Assembly (NCBI GenBank): GCA_013239625.1
Contig: MU053561.1
Coordinates: forward strand, 5,067,214-5,131,213
DNA length: 64,000 bases
Origin: Lama guanicoe
Lineage: Eukaryota
Direction of reading: 5' to 3'
Position 1 is the stretch's first letter. Each line of letters begins with the position of its first letter. The notes below the pieces were generated by a model that worked only from the letters and a program-made list of their open reading frames with translations, made no database searches and was not told where the DNA came from. This document shows positions 25,301 through 37,170 of the stretch, in pieces. Both the position numbers and the translations under genes were made by a program.

Positions 25301-27379
25301 AAGAAGAAAGTGATTGTGAGAGATAATAACATTTAATGTTTTAATCTGCCAAGTTTGGGGGTAATTGTATTTCTCACTATAAAAATGAAAAAGTGGGAAA
25401 TGAATAATGCCTGAAACAGAAAAATCAGGAAGTAGCAGTTTAAGCTTGTCATTTAGAGACATGAAAGTCTGCAATGATAACAACAAAACAGCTTATAGAA
25501 GTTGGGTCCAGAGACCCTCTTCCAAGAGGGTTCATTCACAGGGCTGGCAGGCTATGGCCAGCTGCAGGCAGGAGGCCTCAGTTCCTCACCACACAGAACT
25601 CTCCATAGGACTGCTTGAGTGTCCTCGAGAGGAGCAACCAACTTCCCCCAGAGCGGGCAGGATGAGGAAGAAGTCGCAGTGGAAGTCGCAGTACCTTATG
25701 ACCTAGCTTCAGAAGCCACATTCTGTCATTTCATGTACATCCTATTGGACACACAGCTCATCCTTCTACCCCATGGAGGCAATGAGTACACGATCATAAA
25801 TTACCAAGAGGCAAAGATTATTGAAGGCTGCTATGCGTGCATTCAAAAAGCAGAAACTTGCCTAATAAAGTGAACCTCATCACTAACATTCTTTTTTTTA
25901 AATTGAAGTATACTTGATTTACCATGTGGTGCAATCCTTAACATTCTTATGATAACATCATTAGGCCAGTGGCAGAGCAGAGAAGTCCTGTTCTAAAGAG
26001 CTAGCCAACCAGAGGCCAAAATGATACGTTCCAGCACTCAACTCTCTAAAGATTTCTGTGGGTCTGACTTATCCATGAGTAAGACAGGGAATCTAGAGGA
26101 ATGGTGGGAAGTATGTTTCTTGCCTCCATTGATGCTATTTTTGCCATCAAGCTTTTGGTAAATGTTGAGCTGCTAGAAACTCAACTTTATGCTTTCTGAC
26201 AAGTACATGGAGTTCGGCTCCTCCCTGCGACCAATTAAGGGCAGATCCACATTCTTTAACAGGCTGAGCTGGAGATGGGCTGTCATCCACCTGTGAAAGT
26301 TCAGGAGCCTGCCTGGGACACATGCTTGGCTGGAAGGAGAGCCTCTTGAGTGGAATACCTGCCCTCGATGCAGACAGCCTTGGTATTTAGGGCATTCCAA
26401 CCTTAAATCCACATCCTTCCTTTTGCCCAAGAGCAGAAACATGATTCATCCCCTCTTTTAAAGTTCTGTCAACCTTCAATTTCCAGCTCAAAAGCTCCCT
26501 GTCCATCAAGGCTCCTTCACTCTCTCCACACCTGCTCTTCTGCCTCCTCCAGGCCAGCGTCCCGGCCTCCCAGACCCTTCCCTGCTCCCCAGGTCAACCT
26601 TCCTGATCTTTACTTACTGGCCCAGAAGAGACTTAAACAAGACTGAGGAGGAAAGATGGATACAGAGTATGGCTAACAGGGTGCACAGATGTGGACGTAT
26701 TGACCCCAACAAATTCCACTATCTGGTTCAGATACAAGACACACATCATCCAGGTTGCTGTGTCATCCATGTCATCCACTGTGTCAGCTTGTTTCTTCCA
26801 AGACTTCAGGTCTGTTTGCAGGAAGCCTTTGTCACTTTTGCCTCTACAAAGTGTCCCTTTAGAATAGGATAATTACAGGGGCACAGGGACGCCCATAAAG
26901 GACATCCATGATTTTGTGTGTTTGTTCAGGCATTTTTCCCAACTAAGGAAAAGACCACAGTTTTCATCAGATTCTCAAGGCCCAAAGAGGTTAAGGATAC
27001 TTGTCAGAGGACACAAATCAGGGCATGCAAGGCAGTTGTGGCCCTCTATGGTTATTGGTTTGGACCGCAGAGTGTTTTGAGGCATTTTGGCAATATTTAA
27101 AGGTCAGAGAATGCTACACAAATATAAAGACTTCTAGCTTAAAAAAAAAAAAATTGGAACATGAAGTAACCCTGAGCCCACGTTCCCTGGTGGCAAGAAT
27201 TGGCCAGATCAGGGCAGCAGCTGCCCTTCAGATGGGGCACAGGCTCCCCACAGTCCCCACCAGACCAATTTCTTTTTAATGATTTTGCCTTCTTGACCCT
27301 GGTTTAGTTTCCTTGTTTTAGATCTTCAAAAACTGGTCAGTGTTTCTCTCCCAGAAGTTGGTTTTTCCTGGTTTTAGAC

Positions 27380-27650
27380 GACTGCTCGCCATTTTAGGAA
27401 CTCTCTCCTTCTGGCGCCTGGTTTCACAAGGGAGCTCACCCTCATGCAAACACGGCTTCCCATTGCTTGCGGATCCGTATCTGGGAAGGGACCTACCTGA
27501 GCAGACAGGCCGGCCGGACCCCGCCCCCCATTCCTGATTGGTGGGTGGGCGGGGAGAAACCTGGTGGGCGTGGTCCTCCCGCCCCCTTCTCCGGGCCCTG
27601 AGACACCAGCACACCGCTCAGTTTGCCTTTGGGCCGTGCGGGCGTGTGAC
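27380..27650. promoter_or_regulatory. Orphan promoter-like GC/CpG-rich island
   Basis: YY1-type CGCCATTTT 27387-27395, CCAAT box (CTGATTGG 27534-27541), GC/KLF boxes at 27519, 27547, 27566 and 27578; locally raised CpG. Confidence 0.55.
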
Positions 27651-30600
27651 CCAGGGGCAAATCTCCTAACAGGAAGGACTTCAACAATCCCATTTTGCTC
27701 TAGATGTGAGAGTTTACGCGTTAGTAAAGGTGATACTTGATTCTCCATCAGTCTACACAGTTGTCTGTTTTTCTTTAAACCTTGGATTCAGGAATCACGC
27801 TGCTCTTGACTAACTAGCTGTGTGAACACTTAATCTCTCTCCTGCCTCAGTTTCCTGGTGTGTAGAAAGAGAACGATAAGACAAGTGTCACCCTAATTAA
27901 GATGTGAAGAAAACATGAGATAATCCGGGTTTTAATGCCTGCTTAGCCTAATATCCAGAAGATAAAAAGAACGCAGGACCTGTCCTTTATTATAATTTCT
28001 GATCTCGTGATTTAAAAATTAACCCAAACCAAGAAAACCAAAAGCAAAATGGAGAAATGCAGATTTTCTCTGGTTGGAGCATTCCCCTTCCTCCCTACAA
28101 TGGCCTCTGTAGTGCTTACAGGAAACCTCCAGGGGTTCTCCAAATTAGTTTAAAACTGCTTTCCCAGCTGTCTGAATGCCCTCCACCACCCCGGTGCTGA
28201 GCCAGACATCTGACAATTGCCCTTGATTCTTCTCTCTCCCTTACCCCACATCCAGCAATGCCAGGTCCCATTGAAAAGCCCTCCTAAATTTCTCACCATT
28301 TCTCCCCTTTTCTCAACTTCACTGTTACTACCCCTGCCTTCATAAATTTTCCTTCATTCATGAATTCAATAATTCACTCTTTAGCAAATACTTACTCATA
28401 CCTACTCTTTGCCAGTCACTGCAGTATATACTAGCAGTGATCAAAACAGACCCTGCCCTCAAGAACTTCCATTTTCCCAGGAGACAGAAAATAAACAGAT
28501 AAGTAAAAGATATAGTGTGGTGGGTGGAAACAAACATTTAAGTGAGACAGGGGATAGAGAGTGGGAGTACTATTTTAAATAAACTGACTAGGAAGGCTTT
28601 TTTGAAAAGGAGACTTTAAGCAAAGGCTTGAGGAGATAAAGAAGTGAACCACCTGGAGAGAGAGGAAGAGTAAGTGCCAAGGCCCTGAGGTCAGTGTAAT
28701 AGGGACATTCAAGGATCAGCTATTGGTCAATGTGGCTAAGCCAGGAAAGACTGGTTGAGAGATGCAGTCACAGAGATAACAGGTCAGCCTAGGGGGAGGG
28801 GACAGTGGCTGACTGTTCATTGTAATGACTTTGATCTTTACTCTGAGTGCAATGAGAAGCCTTAACTGAGATGCCCCATCTCTCACCCACATCACTGCAA
28901 TAACCTCCTGTCTGGCCTCCCTGACTCGTCTGCCCCACCTGTCAGTGCTGCCAGAGTCGGCTTTCTAAGACTCATCATCCCCATTCTTAACACCTTCAAC
29001 AGGTCCCCACTGTTGCCAGAAAATGTCAATTTCCTCATTGAGGCTCTAAAACTTTGCGATTTGGGCTTAGACCCACCTCTCTCATCTTCCTACAGTCACT
29101 GTCCGAGGAGAAAGCCCTGCCCTCAACAAGGTGAAACCCATTCTAAGTCCAGTGAGGGCCCTGCCTCTTACCCCATCTTCTTTCCAGAGGCTCTCTCTGC
29201 TAGCAGCATTTATCCCCTTTCCCTTCCGACTCTTCCCACTGCCCACACGCTTCTCTAACTAGCCTGGGGGTGGGGAGGGTCCAGGAGGTTCCCACCTGTC
29301 TGCCCTGGAGAGTGCTCTGAAGACTGCACGGTGTCTTCTTCATCTCAGTTTGTCTAGCTCTAGACACAATTCCTTGCACGTAGTAGCCGCTCAATTAAGT
29401 TTTAGTTTAAAAATGAATGATCTCTTTGCTCCCCTCTTAAATCCCAACCCATTATGCTAGAATTAATCTCTCCTCTGCTCTTAAGCACTTACTTGCATTT
29501 GATTTTCAGCAGCGATCACAGTCCAATCTTCATTACTTATGTGTGTACAGGTGTTATATCCCCTCCTGGGTTATAAACTAACTGTCCAGGAACATTGGAA
29601 TTAACTCGTGTAACCACACTCCACCCTCATCCTCACATCACCTGGAATGATGCTAACAGAATTAAGAGCATGGGCTTTGGGATCAGACTGGCATCAGATT
29701 CTTGGTTTCCAGGCCTGTACAGCCTCATCCAGCCATTTTACCTCTTTTTTTCCTCCTTTTTTGGAAAATGGGGTTGAGGCAGGTGATGCCTATTTCATAG
29801 CACTATTGATGGAGTTAAATGAGCACAGAGGTTGCCACTGATCAAGGGCTCAACAAAGGCAGCTGTGATCATGGGAGGCCATGGGCGGAATTCCTCAGCT
29901 TTGTGTAAAGTTCATTCAGCCCCCTTTCAGGAAGAAATTTTTTCATGGGATCCCTTAGAATACATGTGCAAAACCACTGACCTAAAAATAAGTTTTGTCT
30001 TGATAAATGTGTAAGAACTTTTGTAAAGCTGACCATAGGGTTGAAAAGTCAACATTCAGGCAATTCTTGGAGAACTTGCAGAAGCTCAGACGGTGTCCAC
30101 AGACCCAAACAGAGAAACCTTTGTTTGCTAGGTTGACTTGGGGCAGAACCAAAGGCAGAGGAAGGCGGGGTTGGGGGTGGGGGGCACTTCCAGGGCTGGC
30201 AGTGTGGTTCCCTCTAGAGGACATTCATCGTCTCGGTCTTCAAACCCAGAGCCTTCTGTTCTTCCCTTGTGGGGAAGCGAGAGACTAGGGACGAGGAGCC
30301 AAAAGGCCGGCGGTCTGTCCCTGGAGACTCCATCCTGGTGGGGTCCAGCCCGGGGGTGTGAGTAACCTCCCACCAGAGCCCCGGAGCCAGCCAGCAGCGC
30401 CTTGCACAAGACTGAGGGGAGACGGACTGTGGGCAGAGGCAGAAAGAAGTCCAGGGAAAACAATGTAACTCAGATTTTTTTTTTTTGTCTGCAGCAGATG
30501 GAAAAATCACCTAGGCAAGAGAGGGTCATCCAAGCAGAGAAGAACCACAGCAACTCAGTATCAAGATGGACCCCTGTCCTCGCTCCTTCCTGGCCCCAAG

Positions 30601-32054
30601 CCCTGCACGGCTGAGGAGCCTTTGGGGTCTGCTGCACAGCTGGTCTCTAACTGCCACTTCTCAACCCCACGCTGCCCAGAACACACTCCTCACCTCTCGG
30701 CAGAAGTCATTTCCAGGGAGTCACCCTGGCCATAGACCCACAGTGGAAGCATCTAGAGATTCTCAACTCGCATTTCTAAGAGATCTCGAGCTCCCTCCCC
30801 ACCAGCAGCATGTGGCAGCTTCCCCCACACAGTCAGACAGAGGCCTCAGTAGTAAACAGACCAACTGCGCACCATTCCTCCTCCCCAAAGCCTAAATACA
30901 AGTCTAAATGATCAAGACAGCAACTGGCAGGCTCACTGGCAAATGCAAACAGAGATCATTTACATTTGGAATGAATCTGCGGCGGCCTCTAAGAAGCTCT
31001 CTTTGCTCATCGGAAGAGGCCATCGAGCTCGGAATGCTATTTCCCTCCCACCAGGAGACTTTGGAAAGAGACAGACAGACAGAAAGCCAAGCCTCGCACC
31101 CTAAAACGTTTCCAGGGGCAGGGACAGCCAGGGCCCTAGGACTATAACAACCAAAGTGACACAGCTCCTGAGAGACCCCCTTCCCCGCAGCTGTCAGATC
31201 ACCTATGACAGCGCTGGTAGAGGCAGAAGATGCCAGGACCAGTCACCTCCTGGAGAGGTTTTGGACCAGTGGAAAACAAGCACTGTTCCAAATCATTTAA
31301 GTGGATGCCAAAGTCCAAACTTAAAAGAAAAACTCAACTGTTGACCCAGAGCCCAGAGGCCCAAGCAAAGCTCCCTTATCTTCTGTCATTTTCTACTCCT
31401 CCTACAACCCCCTCCTTCCTGCCTTCCCCACTGGAAATTGGGACAGTTTTCCGGAGTCTTATTTGGCGATGTGTGCCAAAGGTCTTACTAAGTCTGATTT
31501 CTAGGAACTGTCCCAAGAAAGGAATCTGCTTTGTTTTGTTTTTATCTGTAAGTGTTCTCTTTGGAGTGTTATTTATAATACACATAAAATGACCCAACAA
31601 TAAGGGACTGAGTAAATGATGGTATCTTTGTACCCTAGAATACTATAAAATCTTTAAGTTTATAGGAAAAGCCTGTGCTGTATCAGGAATTTTTAAAAGG
31701 CATTTTCCAAAACATTATTTCAGCATATTTCTGATGATGTAAAGATAGAGGAAAACCAAAACATGTACAAAAGAGGACTGGAAAGATATGTGGTCGTGCA
31801 CTGAGCTCATGGATGATTTTTTTTCTTCTTTGTACTTTTCAACGTTTCCACAATGAACATCTAGTATTTTAAATTCAGTGTGGTAAAAAGCAATAAATTG
31901 ACCATCTTTGTGAAAGACAGACACACGCTTTGAGCTAATACACATACCTGTAGAGTAAACTTCTCATTACTTTGTCCTCTGAGAAAGGCCAGCGTTAGAA
32001 AGGGCAGATGAACACAGGGCAGGTGATGATCAGTGAAAGAATCACTGGTCGGTT

Positions 32055-32225
32055 GGTCGGGGACATAATTTGCAGGGCTCAGGGCAAAATGAAAGCCAGG
32101 GCTCCTTTTACAAAAATTAAGAATTTCGAGACAGTAACAGCAGAGCACTAAAGCCAGTGTGGGGCCCTTCCAAGTACGGGGCCCTGTGAGGCTGCCCCGG
32201 TCACATGCCTGGGAAGCTGGCCCTG
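32055..32225 (-). mobile_element. MER91-like hAT DNA transposon remnant
   Basis: Reverse complement starts CAGGGCCAGCTTCC and contains CAGGGCCCC...GAAGGGCCCC and TGCTCTGCTGT blocks. Confidence 0.6.
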
Positions 32226-35200
32226 GTCGCTGGCCTGGAGCAGGATACTGTGTCCCAGCAGCTGAGAGGCAACAAGCCCTGGGGAGCTGGCAGGCGGTCC
32301 CGCTGCCGCCTCACCTGTTGCTGAACGGATTTTCATTCCTCATGAGTCCAGCTCCCCAGCAGTCAACCCCTGGAAGAGTGGTGTACTTCATCACTGACAC
32401 GCAAATCAGAAGCCAGCCAAGATGACTCAAACCCTGGCTCATCACCTCCTTTTTTTTTTTTTTGGTTTGAAGGTAACTGCTTATTTATTCTATTTTAAGA
32501 ATACCAGAAAGACACCAAGCCATCCTCTACCCTGAAATTAATGACAGTTCCTACTGAGAATAGGAGGCTGGATTTTTTTTTAAGCGATTTCTGATTGTTT
32601 TCTCTCCAGAGTCATCAAGAACCCTGATCTGTACAGGTTTATGGTTTTATTTCTGGTCCAAGTCCCCACCCCCATTTTTTTTTTTTTTGCCAGTCCCTTC
32701 TTTTGAGAGCAGAGAGGAAACTCATTTAACAAAGTCACTGCAGAGCATTATTCATTCCACATGGCTCACGCAGAGGTTTTTAATATCAGGAGCTGCAGTA
32801 AATCACCCCTGAGTTGTGATCCCATGAATCTAACAAGGTGCGCTGAGCAGCATCCCTGCTAATGACCCAGCTAAGGCGAGGCTGGAGGAAGTATGCTGAT
32901 TCTCCTCGGTGGGCTGGCGGGGGTGGGGTGGGAGGGAGGTTGGGGGCAGGGGGAGCAAACGCATTAACTAACCCTTGGATTCAATTACGTGCGAAGCAAA
33001 TCTCTCCCTCAGTAGCCAGTCACAGCGGCCTCCTGCTGCAGAAATGCAAACAAATCGGATTCGAGCCACAGCCAGACACCTGCCTGCCTGGGCCAGAGCT
33101 TGAGAAAAATAGAGGCAGAAACGTACACACTAAACTTTTGTCTTCTGTCTAACTTCTCCAGGAGACTTCACCTGAGGCTGGGGCAGGGGTGCGTGGGGCA
33201 GGGCCCCCTTTCTACCCCTCACCCCAACGGCCACAATAGCCCCTCTCGTTCCCTAAAATGCAGCGTGTGGAGCTTTGCCCCGTGGCCAGCAGTTCTAAGG
33301 CTTTTGAACTTCCTCCCTCTGTTTTTTCCTCCTTTGTATCTTGCTGGAACCTGAAATAAAGTTTGGATGCTAGCAAATACCGTGAGGGGCATCTGGTTCC
33401 ACTTCTCTAACACTTGCACCCTCCGTAAGGCCCCACCCAACATTCATCCAGCCTTTGGTTGAACACCTTCAGGAGGAGGGAGCTCACTACCTGCAACAGC
33501 AGCACACAACCTCCTGGCGCAGCACTGACCGCTCTTCCTTGTGTTGAGTGGAACGCCCTCTCTGTGCAACTTACCTCTCTTGAGAGCTTGGATCTGCACT
33601 TCGGGGCCGGATAAAACAACTGTTACGATGCCCTTTCTGATACTTGAAGACAGTACTCTTACTTCCCATAGGTCTTCTCTTCAGTGGGTGTTAAATACAC
33701 CAGTTCCCAGTGACCTTGGCCCGTGACAACCTCTTGGAGGCTCAACTTTCTTGCCTGTGAAATGGAGGTAATAGCATCAACTTTTCAGGGTTGTTGTTGG
33801 GATGGAAAAGAATGCATGCAGAGCATCTCTCAGCCGAGCCTAGCACACAGTAGATGCCCAGCAAATAGTAGCAGTTCTAATTATCGTCTTCACCTAGGAC
33901 GGCAGAGAACACTGCTTCTCCAGCCTGACCGCAGCAGAGCGACCGGACTGTTTCTCCTCCTCTCCCGCTAATGCTGTGCTCCTATTTATTCGGCCAAAGG
34001 AGTAGCGTCTTTGAGGGCAGTCACACCACATAGCACCTACTAATATAAACCTTAGATCAGCCCAACCCCAGAAGTCCTTTTGCTTTAAGACTATCATGCA
34101 ACGAAAGGTGGGTGTAAAATGGGAAGATGCCTGTCAAGTGCACATAGGAAGGGCTCCAGAAAAGGGAGGGGCTGCTAGCTGTTACCAGTAGGCAAATATG
34201 GTCCAGGAGGAGGAGATGCTGGCCATGAGGAGACCTGCTGTGGCCCGCTGCAGACTCGCTGGCCCTCACTGCTTCCCCGTATCTGGGCATCTCTTGCTGG
34301 CTACGTGCCATATTCCCTTCAGCAGCTGTTCCCCTTCCTTCTTCCCAGCCCCTCCCCCTCAGCAGGCCTCCTTCCCGACAAGACTGGAATTCTTCTAATG
34401 CCAAGTCTCTGTTTCACTCAGTATCTCGCCCCCTTGCTCTTCTCTGAGAAGCCTTGACCCTTCTCATCCCCTACGTCCGTCCTCATCCTAAATCAGCTGG
34501 TTTCATTCCTCTGTCACACTGTCAGCCTCTGCCCAGACTCTTACCTTCTCCCCTCTGGAAACACTGAGAAGCAGGAAGGGAGCGGCACCCTCACTCTGGG
34601 GAGTCCCCATGTCCAGTGAAACTGAGGACAGAGCCCTTCCCCCACTTCCAGGGTCTGTCGTGGACCGTCCCACGTGGGCACAAGGAGGCCTGAGCAAGGA
34701 TGCTCCCCCAGCACTGCTTCTAATTGTGAGAAATGGAAACTGTGGCAGTCGGGGAAGGACATGGCTTATTGATACAGTGGGAGTTAAAACGAAGGACCCA
34801 GAGCCCTGCTATTGTCCTGGGCAGTCTCCAGAATAATGCTGGGGTTTAAAAAGGCTGCATGAATGTATTCATAGAAGATACCTTTTAGGTGAATTTTAAA
34901 ACATACAAAATGATTCTACAAGCTGCGTTAGTACAGATAGGTGCAATAAACATTTTTTTAATACAAGGGACTGATACTTAAGGACGGTAATTATCTGTGA
35001 GAAGGGAGGGAGGAGAGGTGAGGGAGGGGGAGGGTTTAGCTGAATCTGTGAGCTTATTTTTAAAAGAGAGAAAGATCTACAGCAAGCTTCAGGAATGTTA
35101 ACATTTTAAGTCTGAGTGGTGATTTATGGTTGCCAATCATATTATTTTCTGTACGTTCAAACTATTTCATAATTAAAAATATATTTTAAAAAACCCTTCC

Positions 35201-35345
35201 CTCAACCCTGCCTTTCCTTCTCTCCTGCCTCCTGCCCACCCCCTGAGCACCAGGTGTCTTCAGTGAGTAGCCTTGTCTCCCTGCCTCCCCTCCCCTCCCC
35301 TCACTGACTTGCACTGCTCCGAGCAGGTGCCCTCCAGCCCCCTCC

Positions 35346-35675
35346 AGACAGACTCAAGGACATAGAAAACAAACTATGGTTACCAAAGGGAAAACAGCGG
35401 GGGAGGGATAAATTAGGAATTTGGGATTAACAGATATACATTACTATATATAAAGTAGATGGACAACAAGGACCTACTCTATAGCACAGGAAAATATATT
35501 CAACTTCTTGTAATAATGTATAATGGAAAAGAATCTGAAAAGAAAATATATATGTACGTATAACTGAGTCGCTTTGCTGTACACCTGAAACAAACATTGT
35601 AAATCAACTATCCTTCAATAAAATACTAAAAAAGAAAAAAAGGAAAGAAATTGTAGATAAATAAATAAATAAATA
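35346..35675 (+). mobile_element. LINE-1 3'UTR fragment with A-rich tail
   Basis: Similar to the 3' end of the 18.8 kb L1 (TATGGTTACCAA, CTATAGCACAG, GCTGTACACC, CAACTAT.CTTCAAT). Confidence 0.8.
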
Positions 35676-35762
35676 AAATCCAGTGATAAAACTACCATTT
35701 CCCTACATCCTCCCTTCCCTCCTTAATTATTAAGCTAGTGTTTTCTAGTTTACATTTTACAT

Positions 35763-36210
35763 TGTTGGGCTGCACCTCTCAGGCCTACAAGGCCTGTACT
35801 CGCCCAGCTTCAAGACCGAAGAAAGAGCTCAGAGTCAGCGATAGAGACATCAATGATTGAATGAATATGGGGCCCTTACATGTCTGAAGTGAGGTCCTGG
35901 AGTGACCCCCCTACCGTGTGCAGCAGACTGCAGGCAGGACATGATGGTCGTCTTAGTTCCCCTACGGGGGGGGAGGAGGAGGTTACCAACTATGGGGGAA
36001 ATTGATGTCAGGTTGGCTCATTAGTTACCAGGGAAACTAGCAGAAGGGCCCACCCTTCACAGCCCCTTTGATAAGAACAGTCATCAGCTGGGGTGGGGGC
36101 AAGCACGTAGGAAGGTCAGTTGGGTAAGTAGGGTGTAGGTGAAGCAGGCACTGGTCCAGCAGGGGATGTACACAGAGAAAGAGAACGGCCAGCCTGAGTG
36201 GCCTGATCAA
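35763..36210. mobile_element. LTR-like element
   Basis: Starts TGTTGGG; ERV-LTR-like composition; boundaries and family uncertain. Confidence 0.4.
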
Positions 36211-36642
36211 AGATCTTTGAAGCCTCCCCTAGGTATCTAAACAATGTGTAGCAGTAAAAAGTATTTCACCTCAATCAGGGTTAGAGGGCTGGAAAGGACA
36301 GAAAGAGGAGGAGAAGGGAATTTCTCTGTCATAATCAGGAATGAGAGGAGAAATCCACATCTCTGTGTTTACCTCCCCTGTGCGGGGAGGAAAAATGCTT
36401 AAGAATCCAGGTCATTGGGGAGAGATTCCAAGGGGTAGAAACCATTGCATTCTCAGCCACTGCCAGCTATAAAACATGTACCTGCTTCGCAAGTCACTGA
36501 GTGAACAGGTCATACCATGCTAGAAGGCGCTGGAAGGGTATAGTGAGGTAGAAAATACCTGTGTGACATGAGGGGCCTAGACCAGATGATAGTTTAGGCT
36601 TCGTATGGCTGAAAATAGGCTTTGCTTCTCGTCCGTGGAGGA

Positions 36643-37170
36643 CTGTTGCCGAAATCCCAGCCTCCGTGCCCACAGCGGAAATAGAAACGGAGACAGTTTG
36701 GGGAGAATAGAAAAGAACAGCTTTATTGCTTTGCCGGGCAAAGGGAGTCACCATGGGCTGATGCCTTAAAGACTGTGAGCCCCTCTTGGGGTAAAGGTCC
36801 TGTGGTTTCATAGACAATTGGGAACAGGAGGGTGATCACAATCAGAGCGTGCAGGGCTACATCCCTTTCATCTTGGTAAAAACTTGCCCTTGTTATGGAG
36901 GTATTTAGGAAGGTCTGCCCATTTTCTTGAGGTTGTCAGTTCATGACCTTCTTTGAAGACCTCTAGGGTAAGGGGGAGGGTGTAGCTCCGTGGTAGAGTG
37001 CATGTCTAGCACAGATGAGGTCCTGGGTTCAATCCCCAGTACCTCCACTAAAAAAATAAAATAAAAAGATCTCTAGGGTGAAAGGATGTTATTCTAAGAA
37101 AAGAATACACAGGGAGTGGGGCGTGTGAGTCATAAGATCAGTTTTGCTAGAAGTACAGGCCTGAACAACT
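36643..37170 (-). mobile_element. ERV LTR related to the inner LTR at ~8730-9316, interrupted by a SINE
   Basis: Reverse complement contains CCGGCAAAGCAATAAAG and ends TTTCGGCAACA, matching 9220-9316; right boundary approximate. Confidence 0.65.
36972..37065 (+). mobile_element. tRNA-Ala-derived SINE (Vic-1-like) nested in an LTR
   Basis: GGGGAGGGTGTAGCTCCGTGGTAGAG...GGTTCAATCCCCAGTACCTCC plus A tail; TSD AAGA(C/T)CTCTAGGGT. Confidence 0.88.

Noticed and set aside
36972..37050. tRNA-Ala-like sequences (also at 15774, 59318 and others)
   Set aside because: Broken stems, A-rich tails and TSDs identify them as SINEs, not tRNA genes
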